From a virus (taxonomy: Duplodnaviria > Caudoviricetes): DNA of 64,000 nt. Location of the stretch: positions 41,538 through 105,537 of the IMG/VR virus record IMGVR_UViG_3300037067_004901. One strand, given 5' to 3'. Shown here piece after piece: positions 51,166-60,148 of the stretch (positions within the stretch are counted from its first letter, which is position 1; every line of letters starts with the position of its first letter). The position numbers and the translations under genes are program-made. The notes beneath the pieces are model-generated. The model saw only the letters and a list, made by a program, of their open reading frames with translations. It did no database searches and was not told where the DNA came from.

Positions 51166-51978
51166 ATGGCAAATATTTTAGCTTCTGATTTAGTAAAACG
51201 TAAAAAAGAACATGTGTTTGTAGAAGGTTATAATATAGATTGCGCTACAGAGTTAACAGGTAGTGTTGACGCAACAGCAGACGTTATGCATGTATATGGT
51301 CAAGACGACGCTATTAAAGATATCACTATTAATAGTGGTACATTGTCTTTAACTGTATATGATAAGAAAACAAATAACGTTCTATTAGATGCATTGCAAA
51401 AAGTTGACCCAGATGATACTGCACTTCGTGCATATAATTGGAACAATATTTATAATTCATCTGTATGGGCAAATAGATTCAATGCTGATAATAGTCAATA
51501 TACTCGTAGTGTATTTTATGGTAGATGGCTACCTACGCCTGGCATGACAGCTGGAGATACAAACGCAAAAGGTACTCGTACATTTGCTGGTAATTGCGAC
51601 GTTCCAAAAGAATATACACAACCTATTCTTGGGGAAAAAGTAAAAATCACAACTGGTGCTACTGGAACTACTGGTTGGACTGCAACATTAACTAATACAC
51701 CATTACAAGTTAATCCTGGACAAACTCCAGCTTTATATGCAATACGTGTTGTTGCTGTTAATGAGCAAAGAAGTGGCACTACTATTAAATCGATTGACCA
51801 AGAAGATTTGACAATTGATTCTACAATGGTAGTTGCTAATAAAACAGTCACGCTTGATTTAGCTGATTGTGCTTCAAATAGTTGGATAACACACGTTTAT
51901 GTAAATTATCTATATGATAAAACATTAGGTGTGTCTCCTACTATCGCGAATATTGGAATGTATAAGCTTGTAGCTTAA
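51166..51978 (+). CDS. Major tail protein (putative)
   Basis: Strong SD, Thr-rich, precedes chaperones and tape measure. Confidence 0.65.
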   Translation: MANILASDLVKRKKEHVFVEGYNIDCATELTGSVDATADVMHVYGQDDAIKDITINSGTLSLTVYDKKTNNVLLDALQKVDPDDTALRAYNWNNIYNSSVWANRFNADNSQYTRSVFYGRWLPTPGMTAGDTNAKGTRTFAGNCDVPKEYTQPILGEKVKITTGATGTTGWTATLTNTPLQVNPGQTPALYAIRVVAVNEQRSGTTIKSIDQEDLTIDSTMVVANKTVTLDLADCASNSWITHVYVNYLYDKTLGVSPTIANIGMYKLVA

Positions 51979-52009
51979 AGATAGTGATTATATGGGTGCA
52001 TACAAGTAA

Positions 52010-52741
52010 TTGTATGCATCCATACAATTAAGAGAGGTGAGCAAAATGTCTGAAAAAAAGAAAGTTGATATATTTTCTTTATATGAAAGAGAGAAAAAAT
52101 TAACATTAAGTGATAACGAAAATACTGTTGATGTATTATTTGTAAAAATGACGCAAGGTGAACTTGATAATGCATTAGAAATATATAATAAAATAGTACG
52201 CGAAGAACGAGAAAAAATTAAAAATGATACTACGATTCTTCAGGAAATAAAAGATTTAATAGATTCTTTTACAAAAGATGAGATTATAGAAGCATTGACT
52301 AGTGCGGCAAAATTTTATAGAGAATCTGAGTTAGATAAATTTCCAATTGACGATGAGAATGTAAAGACAGAGGAAGATAAGAAATTATATAGAGAAAAAC
52401 TTTTAAAAGATTGGGAAATAACTTATCGTGAAGAACTGAAAAAAGAAGAAAAAGAGACATTATCAAAACGTTTGGTTAATCTTCGTATTGAAAGTTTAAT
52501 TATGATGCGCGCTGTTTCTTGTATGAATAATTATTCATTAAGTGTTATGGTACGAGATGTGGATACAAAAGAAAGAATCTTTAAAAACGTAGAAGATGTT
52601 TTAAAAATAAAAGATAGACGCGTAATGGATAAATTATTAACAACGTTGAATGAATTTACTAGAAGTGTGAATGAAAAGACTGTTCGAGAGGTCAGTCAAT
52701 CTACAAATTTTACACCAGCTGGTCAGTCGCTAGAAAAATAA
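52010..52741 (+). CDS. Tail assembly chaperone (gpG-like; likely start 52036)
   Basis: Upstream of TMP; slippery site near the 3' end. Confidence 0.7.
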   Translation: MYASIQLREVSKMSEKKKVDIFSLYEREKKLTLSDNENTVDVLFVKMTQGELDNALEIYNKIVREEREKIKNDTTILQEIKDLIDSFTKDEIIEALTSAAKFYRESELDKFPIDDENVKTEEDKKLYREKLLKDWEITYREELKKEEKETLSKRLVNLRIESLIMMRAVSCMNNYSLSVMVRDVDTKERIFKNVEDVLKIKDRRVMDKLLTTLNEFTRSVNEKTVREVSQSTNFTPAGQSLEK

Positions 52742-53097
52742 ATAAATTACCTTGTTATAATAATATAGACATAGTAAGACTACCAGCAGATTTTTTTAAG
52801 GTTATTGAATTTAGATTATATCTTGATAATGTTGAAGAAATCATTGTATTACATTCTAGAGTTACACGTCCACCACAATATGTTATATTGACACCATATC
52901 TTTTTAATATTTGGGAAGAATGGGCGCAAACTTATGAAGATGAGAAAAATTCCACAGATATGATATTAGATAAACAAAATAATACGAATATTAGACCAAT
53001 TGGAGAAACAATTTCTCCTAATTGGATGAAATATGAATTTCAAAACTTTGAAGAATTCTATCAATACTATATGCAACTATTAGGAATTGGTGATTAA
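52705..53097 (+). CDS. -1 frameshift extension (gpGT-like)
   Basis: A AAT TTT heptamer at 52705-52711; -1 frame open to 53097. Confidence 0.75.
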   Translation, partial: KFYTSWSVARKINKLPCYNNIDIVRLPADFFKVIEFRLYLDNVEEIIVLHSRVTRPPQYVILTPYLFNIWEEWAQTYEDEKNSTDMILDKQNNTNIRPIGETISPNWMKYEFQNFEEFYQYYMQLLGIGD

Positions 53098-53099
53098 TT

Positions 53100-56060
53100 A
53101 TGCCAGCAAATAATAATTTTAAAGTAGAAACTACATTAATTTTAAAACCAGAAGTCAATACTGCTGATTTAAAATCTGCTGTAGGTCAAATAAATAGTTT
53201 AATTGATAGAATGGGTGTACGAGGTGGTGCATATCGCACTACGCAAGGTAATCTTGCAATTCAATTAGGAAGTGGTGTTTCTCCACAACAACGTGGTGCT
53301 ATTACTAAACTTAGCAATGAATTACTTGGTCTTAAAAACGCACAAGATAAAGTCAATGAATCACAAGATAATTTTTATGGTAAATCAAAACGTAATATAG
53401 GAACAATTTTACTTTGGGCCGCAGGTTGGCAAGTAGCTTATGGTGCAATTAATACGGTTAAACAAGCTATTTCTACTACGCTAAAAGATTTTGGTGATTT
53501 AGAAATGGCTTTTATTCGTATTAAACAAGCTTCTGGTGAATCGGGTGCTTCTTTTTCTAAATTTTCAGATAGTGCATTTAAAGTAGCTCGTATCACTGGT
53601 ACATCTGTTACGGATATAGCGCAAGCTTCTAAAATATGGGCACAACAAGGTAAAAGTATTGCTGAATCTTTAAAATTAACAGAGACAGCTACTATTGCTG
53701 TTAATTTAACCGGTCAGACAACACAAGAAACAATCAGTGAGCTTACAGGTGTTATGAATGCTTGGGGTTTTACAGCAGAACAAACGTCTTTTGCACTTGA
53801 TAAATTCGCTAAAGTTGCTGATAAAGAAGCTGTTGAAGTTAAAGACTTAATGGAAGGATTTTTAAATGTTGGTCTTACAGCTAAAACAGCGGGTGTATCT
53901 TTCGAAGAATTAACTGGTCTTTTAACAGCAGTTGTTACTGTAACTCGTAAAGCTGGAAGAGAAGTTGGTGATGCTTTCAGAACAATGTTTACACGTTTTA
54001 TGCGTGCTGATACATTAAGTACAATACAAACTTTATCAAAAGTCGCTGTTTATGTAGATGAATTTGGTAATGCTACATATGCTAATACAGGTCGTATTAG
54101 AAACTTTACAGCAGTTTATCAAGATTTAGTAAAAGTTATGCCGCAACTTGCAGAAACAACACAAGCTAAAATTCTTGAACAATTAACTGGTGCAAGACGT
54201 AGTGAAATTGGACGTGCTATGTTTGCAGGTGAAGGTATTGTTAATCGTACTATGATAGAACAAGCTAATGCGTTTGGTTATTCTGCTCAAAAAAATACAG
54301 AGATAATGGATTCATGGAATAAAAAAGTTGCAGTGCTTGGTATATCTTTTCAACAACTTGGACAATCAATAGCACAAAGTGGATTAATGGATGCACTTAA
54401 AAATATAGTCGATTCTCTTACATCTTTTTTAGATATTCTTAGTGAATCAAAAGAATCACTATACGCTTTTTATAGAATATTTATAGTTATTGCTGGCACT
54501 GCATTATTTACAAAATTAATATTTAATCTCGACGCTGTTGCTATTTCATTTAAAACCGCTACTGTAGCGGCAACTAATTTTAAGTTTGCACTAGGTATTA
54601 TTGGTCTTGCTGGTGGTTTTGCATTAATGGCATTAATAGATGCTATTCATAAGACAAATGAAGCTTTAGATAAAGAAGCTGAGGCAATCAAAGATTTATA
54701 TCAAGTACCAGATGCTATGAAAAATAAACTTGCTTCTATGACGCAAGAGCAACGAGATGCAAGACGCGTGAATTTGCTTGCGAAAATGCGCGAAGAACTT
54801 AAAAAAGGTAATCTTGAAGTAGCATATCGTTTAGCAAATGAAATAAAAGCAACAGATATAACATCTAAAGGCGCTAAAACTATAGCAGAAGCGAAGAAAA
54901 ATGGATTAAAAGTTGAAGAGGATGCAGAATTAACTCAGAAAAAACAAACAGAAAATTTAAGACATCAACTCGCAATACAACAAACTCTCGGTACGAATAC
55001 AATAGCTTTAAAACAATATGAACTTGAACAATGGGAAAAAATTAACGATACTCAATTAGATAGTGTAGAACATTTAAAACTTCAAAATGAACTTATAGAA
55101 GAATATGTAAAAGAAGTTTATTCGTTAGCTAGTACATATCAAACAATCGTTTCAGATGGACTTGACAAGATGATTACAGGTACTGGAACATTAAATGATA
55201 TGACGAAAGATTTAGTTGATACAATGAGAAAAACTTTAATATCTGATTTAGTAGATATCGTTGGTGAGCAGACAGGAGTATTTAATTTTATGTCTGCATT
55301 AACTAAAAATCCAATAGCACAAGCACATATAAATGGACTTACAACCGGTTCTAAATTGATTGTTCAAGCTCATATTGCAGGTATACAAGCAGGCATGTCT
55401 GGGCAGACTTCAGCACAAGCTATGGCAAATATACAAGGTGGTGGGGGTTCACTTGCATCAAATACTAATAAAAAAAGTTTCATGTCTTCTTTATTTGGTG
55501 GTGCCGATTGGACTCAAAATGTAAATCAAAATATACCATCGGGTGCTTATTCCACATATACGCCAGGTCAAACAGGACCGAATGCAGGTACTTATGGCGC
55601 TGGCATGAATAAAAAAACACAATTCTGGGGTTCTGCGGCAGCAGGAGCATTGACTGGATATCAAGCATATCAATCTGCTGTTAGTGGTGGTGCTAATCAA
55701 TGGGCGGCTGCTGGTGGTGGTATACTAAGTGGTATTGGAATGATGGGTCTTATGTCTGGTAATCCAGTGACTATGCTTGGTGGTGCTGTGTTAATGGGCA
55801 TAGGTTCTTTAGTATCAAGTATGGGTGGTAACAAAAAAACTACAACAGAAGTTAAAGAACAGACAAATCAAGTTACTTCTAGACTAAATGTTACGAATAA
55901 ACAATTAGAGATAGTAAATAGAAATTTAGTTTCATTAAGAAAAGGTTTTGAAGGATTCGTAATGCAAGAAAGTTTTTATCTTCGTTCACGTAGTAGAAAT
56001 GGTGTAAATGCACAAGTTACATCAGAATTTGCATTAAATTCTAGAAGAGGATATCAGTAG
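53100..56060 (+). CDS. Tape measure protein (TP901-like)
   Basis: 986 aa, helical, AKTAGVSFEELTG...GREVGDAFRT, Gly-rich C-terminus. Confidence 0.9.
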   Translation: MPANNNFKVETTLILKPEVNTADLKSAVGQINSLIDRMGVRGGAYRTTQGNLAIQLGSGVSPQQRGAITKLSNELLGLKNAQDKVNESQDNFYGKSKRNIGTILLWAAGWQVAYGAINTVKQAISTTLKDFGDLEMAFIRIKQASGESGASFSKFSDSAFKVARITGTSVTDIAQASKIWAQQGKSIAESLKLTETATIAVNLTGQTTQETISELTGVMNAWGFTAEQTSFALDKFAKVADKEAVEVKDLMEGFLNVGLTAKTAGVSFEELTGLLTAVVTVTRKAGREVGDAFRTMFTRFMRADTLSTIQTLSKVAVYVDEFGNATYANTGRIRNFTAVYQDLVKVMPQLAETTQAKILEQLTGARRSEIGRAMFAGEGIVNRTMIEQANAFGYSAQKNTEIMDSWNKKVAVLGISFQQLGQSIAQSGLMDALKNIVDSLTSFLDILSESKESLYAFYRIFIVIAGTALFTKLIFNLDAVAISFKTATVAATNFKFALGIIGLAGGFALMALIDAIHKTNEALDKEAEAIKDLYQVPDAMKNKLASMTQEQRDARRVNLLAKMREELKKGNLEVAYRLANEIKATDITSKGAKTIAEAKKNGLKVEEDAELTQKKQTENLRHQLAIQQTLGTNTIALKQYELEQWEKINDTQLDSVEHLKLQNELIEEYVKEVYSLASTYQTIVSDGLDKMITGTGTLNDMTKDLVDTMRKTLISDLVDIVGEQTGVFNFMSALTKNPIAQAHINGLTTGSKLIVQAHIAGIQAGMSGQTSAQAMANIQGGGGSLASNTNKKSFMSSLFGGADWTQNVNQNIPSGAYSTYTPGQTGPNAGTYGAGMNKKTQFWGSAAAGALTGYQAYQSAVSGGANQWAAAGGGILSGIGMMGLMSGNPVTMLGGAVLMGIGSLVSSMGGNKKTTTEVKEQTNQVTSRLNVTNKQLEIVNRNLVSLRKGFEGFVMQESFYLRSRSRNGVNAQVTSEFALNSRRGYQ

Positions 56061-56061
56061 A

Positions 56062-56493
56062 ATGAATACATATTACAATGTTCAAAAATGGTCTGTACAA
56101 ACATACAATACTGGAACTTCATTATGGAATACTGTTACATCTTGGCCTCGTGGTTCTAGTTCAACATTCTCTAAACGATATGAATCTAATTCACAAATAA
56201 TAGAATTAGCTGATGGTTCAGAAGGTATGTTCACGCCACAAAATCATTATAAAAACATGCCAATAACATTTACTTGGAATCATCGCATAGTAACATCAAC
56301 ATTTAAAAACAATTTAGAGACATATCGTACTGACCATACAGGAATAAAAATTACATTACATGATAATATCACGATACAAGGGTATTTAATGTCAGTCGAA
56401 GAAATTTATCCTTTTACAGGTGCGACACAACAATATGAAATTGTAGCAGAATTCAAACCGTTTAGTATTGATGGTAATGCAATAGAGTCATAA
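56062..56493 (+). CDS. Distal tail protein (putative)
   Basis: Immediately after TMP; IELADGS motif. Confidence 0.5.
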   Translation: MNTYYNVQKWSVQTYNTGTSLWNTVTSWPRGSSSTFSKRYESNSQIIELADGSEGMFTPQNHYKNMPITFTWNHRIVTSTFKNNLETYRTDHTGIKITLHDNITIQGYLMSVEEIYPFTGATQQYEIVAEFKPFSIDGNAIES

Positions 56494-56496
56494 AAT

Positions 56497-59400
56497 ATGT
56501 CAAAAGAATTATCAACTCAAGCAACTAATCAATTAGATAGAAACGATATACTGTATGATTATGCAGTAACTATCGATTCTATAAAATGTAACGATGTTAT
56601 TTCTTATACAAATGATTTTAATAGAGATTTTGGGTGCGCTTCTCTACAATTAAGTTTAAATAATGATAATGGAAAGTATTCATTAAGTGGTACAAATGAA
56701 ATAAACTTACGTGATGAAATTATATTAATCGAGAAATTTGCAGGTGCAACAGATACTTTTAATGCTTTTCGTGGTTTTATTACACAGCGTAATATAGCAA
56801 AAGAAGTTGCTAGTAATAATATTAATATTACATGTCTTGATTATATTGTTAAATTACAAGATACGGATATTGACAAAAATTTTGAGGCTACAAAATATCT
56901 AGTAGAAGATGAAGTTTTAACACCTAACTATCTTACATCACCTAATGATATGTATGCTTCTATTTTTGATTTTGCAAATACTAATATTGCAGATGAACCG
57001 CCAGTTAGTATAAGAATTAGAAATAAAACAACGCAACTTGAAGACCCACAATGGAATGGATTTGAGATTCAAAATGAATCTGGTCAGGTCACACTTGGTG
57101 CAGTTTTAAATGCTCGCGACAATTTTGAAATAATCGCTACATATTATTTTTATCCAAAAGGACTTTATGCTGAAGATATTATAGAATCAATTCTTACAGA
57201 AAAAGATGGATATGGTAATTATTTATTTAACGAGACATCAACCCAAAATGTTATTGATAATCATCTTACGGAAACATTTTTTAATGTTGAAGCTAAAGTA
57301 TATGATACATTAACGTGTAATACAGAACCTACAACAGTAGACATTGAAACAACATTAGTTAGCGCATGTGTTAGTGGAACAAATTCAATTATTGTAAACG
57401 ATGCTACTGGTTATCCTAATACAAATAATGATACTTTATTTTCTGTAAATGGAGATATGGCAACATATAAATGCATAACTGGTTCTACATTATATGGTAT
57501 TCCATCGAGTGGAAATTATGCATTAAAAGCTCATCCAGTTGGGTCTTACGTTACATATACTGCTACTTTTCCAATAAATCAGATATGGTATTTATCTTAT
57601 GATAATTTAGTTTCTACTATGAGTGGTTCACAGTTTACGTTACCAGTTGGTAGTACAATACGATATATAGATAAAAGATATGGTAGTATTCTATTAGATG
57701 CTCCAGTAGTATCAAGTTCTGATGTGCGTTGTAACTATAATTATTCATTTAAAACACTTCAAGCTTCTGGGGTAGAAATTACTGGAATTAAGTTTAATGA
57801 GAAAAACGAGAAGACAAGATTCGATGCTCTTGTAAAACTTCGTAATCTTCTAGCACCAAATTATGTTATTCGAACTATAGGCGATAATAAGATATGGGCA
57901 TCTTATTTGAATCAAAAAGATACGGCTGATTATGAATTAAAATCTATCAAGTCTATTAATTATGGCGAAGATATAGATTTATATACTCGTACTGTTTTTT
58001 TCGGTAAAAATTCCAATCCACACAATGTTCTTTTTGATACTGGTGTTGCATTTATGGATACTGGTGAAACATATACTGCTACAACTACAAACACAGAATT
58101 ATCATACTCTGCTGATGATGGTGCGTTTAAAGTCTACACTAGTGGTCTTCAAGCTGGTAAGATTTTGACAGATACAATTGTTCCAATTGTTTATATCAAT
58201 AATGTTCCAATAGACAATAATGTGCATGAGATTGTACAATCTGATATATTATTATCTACAAAAATTACGACTACAACAGAAACGCGTGATGGTGGTTGGA
58301 GTAGCGACCCACAAACGACAGTTAATACTGATTATTTATATAAAGTTTATTTTAGCCATCGTGGACTTGTGGCAAGTCAAGTTGTAACCATATATGGACC
58401 AACTGGTAGTATATTATATACTTTAGGTCCTAATGATTCTAATATAGATTATGAAAATGGTATTTGGGTAGTACCTGGTAGTAACCAAAATTCAACAACA
58501 GAACAAAGTTCAACGGCTTCTTATTGGATAATGTATTCTACCGATGATTTACAAATAGATTATTCACAGGCTACATTTAAAATTAATCATAGATTGATAC
58601 CAGTTCCATCTGAATCATTAGTTACTGCTACGTTTGAATATAGCACAGTATCAACACCAATCGAAAATGCTACAGCATGTTTTGATGGTCGCTGGGACAC
58701 TCAAACACAAACTACATTTTATGCAAAACCTCCACAAGGTTTTGTTTATGCTGTACTTGATTTGGGCGAAATTAAAAATATACAACTTATAGATATTATT
58801 GCTGGGTTTTTTAAACCTGATGTAGATGGAAGACGTAAATTTGAAATGACAAATTATATTACATTGCAATATTCTTATGATAATAATATTTATTATGATA
58901 TAGCTTCAGATACGACGAATTTTGCATTAACCAGTGGTAAGACGAAAACGTTCGATGAATCTGTGCTGGGCGAAGATTTTAAGACACGTTATTTTAAACT
59001 TGTTATAGAAGATTTAGAAAAAATAGATTATGGTGATAATGGTATTTATGCGTTATCTCTCGTCGAAATTTCAGCTTATAATGACGTTGTATTACGTGGA
59101 GAATGCAAATTAATTCCAACTACAGAATTGACGCAAGTTTATAATGGTGAAAGTACGATGTTTGTAAAAAACACTGTATCGTTTCCATCTGGAGCTGGAT
59201 TTGCATATCTTAATTCAGGTAGTGGAATATCAAATTCTGCTTTTTGGTATTCTGGAAAAACATCAACATCATTTACTGGCGTTACGGGTTCTGGAATAGG
59301 AACATATGCAATTGCTAATAAAGTATATGATTATGAAGAAACGAGCACAAGTCTTTATGATAGTGATTATCTTTTAGATAAGTTACAAGATGTTGTTTAT

Positions 59401-59649
59401 AAGAACACAACTGTTAATGAATATTTGAATACACAAACTAAAGTGAATGAGCGTGCAAAAAATTGGCTTAAAGAATCTGTTAAAAATCATACTACACTCG
59501 ATGTTGAATTGATGTATGCTCCACATCTATTGGTTGGTAATACTGTGTCATTGAATGACCAATATAACAGAATTAATCAAAATTATTTTATAGAGAAAAA
59601 AAATTCTGGTAATAATGGAACTCAGATTACAATTGCGCGCTATCCATAA
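56497..59649 (+). CDS. Tail tip/hub protein with discoidin-like insert
   Basis: 1050 aa; CFDGRWDT...LDLGE...RYFKLVI...EISAY. Confidence 0.65.
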   Translation: MSKELSTQATNQLDRNDILYDYAVTIDSIKCNDVISYTNDFNRDFGCASLQLSLNNDNGKYSLSGTNEINLRDEIILIEKFAGATDTFNAFRGFITQRNIAKEVASNNINITCLDYIVKLQDTDIDKNFEATKYLVEDEVLTPNYLTSPNDMYASIFDFANTNIADEPPVSIRIRNKTTQLEDPQWNGFEIQNESGQVTLGAVLNARDNFEIIATYYFYPKGLYAEDIIESILTEKDGYGNYLFNETSTQNVIDNHLTETFFNVEAKVYDTLTCNTEPTTVDIETTLVSACVSGTNSIIVNDATGYPNTNNDTLFSVNGDMATYKCITGSTLYGIPSSGNYALKAHPVGSYVTYTATFPINQIWYLSYDNLVSTMSGSQFTLPVGSTIRYIDKRYGSILLDAPVVSSSDVRCNYNYSFKTLQASGVEITGIKFNEKNEKTRFDALVKLRNLLAPNYVIRTIGDNKIWASYLNQKDTADYELKSIKSINYGEDIDLYTRTVFFGKNSNPHNVLFDTGVAFMDTGETYTATTTNTELSYSADDGAFKVYTSGLQAGKILTDTIVPIVYINNVPIDNNVHEIVQSDILLSTKITTTTETRDGGWSSDPQTTVNTDYLYKVYFSHRGLVASQVVTIYGPTGSILYTLGPNDSNIDYENGIWVVPGSNQNSTTEQSSTASYWIMYSTDDLQIDYSQATFKINHRLIPVPSESLVTATFEYSTVSTPIENATACFDGRWDTQTQTTFYAKPPQGFVYAVLDLGEIKNIQLIDIIAGFFKPDVDGRRKFEMTNYITLQYSYDNNIYYDIASDTTNFALTSGKTKTFDESVLGEDFKTRYFKLVIEDLEKIDYGDNGIYALSLVEISAYNDVVLRGECKLIPTTELTQVYNGESTMFVKNTVSFPSGAGFAYLNSGSGISNSAFWYSGKTSTSFTGVTGSGIGTYAIANKVYDYEETSTSLYDSDYLLDKLQDVVYKNTTVNEYLNTQTKVNERAKNWLKESVKNHTTLDVELMYAPHLLVGNTVSLNDQYNRINQNYFIEKKNSGNNGTQITIARYP

Positions 59650-59671
59650 ATAAATACGTGAGGATGAACAT

Positions 59672-60148
59672 ATGAATGTTCCGTTAAGGAAATTTTCAGA
59701 TGAACTTCGAGATAAGATAAAATTATATAGTAAAAAACACATTGATATTAAAGACTTAATTAATGGTTATGATATAAGCAATGAAAACTTATCTTATTCT
59801 CATATATCTGAATTGAATTTATCTGAACGCGATATATCGAATTGTAATTTTTCACATAGTACAATTAAACTTATTGTTAATAATGGTGTTGCACGTAATT
59901 GTAATTTTTCATATGTTACATTCTTAACTAGTTCATCTTTTAGAGCAACTGATTTACGTAATAGTAATTTTGATGGATGTAATGCTACGAACATTGATTT
60001 TGCATACTCTAATTTACGCGACATTACTTATTGCAATGCTACATTTACAATGTTTAGTAAATATTTTTATAAAGCTAAATTTTCAAAGAAATTTTTAGAA
60101 CTTATGCATAAGTTTTTGGATATAGAGGGATTAAGTGAAATCATATAA
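59672..60148 (+). CDS. Pentapeptide-repeat protein
   Basis: NCNFS, TDLRNSNFD, IDFAYSNLR. Confidence 0.75.
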   Translation: MNVPLRKFSDELRDKIKLYSKKHIDIKDLINGYDISNENLSYSHISELNLSERDISNCNFSHSTIKLIVNNGVARNCNFSYVTFLTSSSFRATDLRNSNFDGCNATNIDFAYSNLRDITYCNATFTMFSKYFYKAKFSKKFLELMHKFLDIEGLSEII

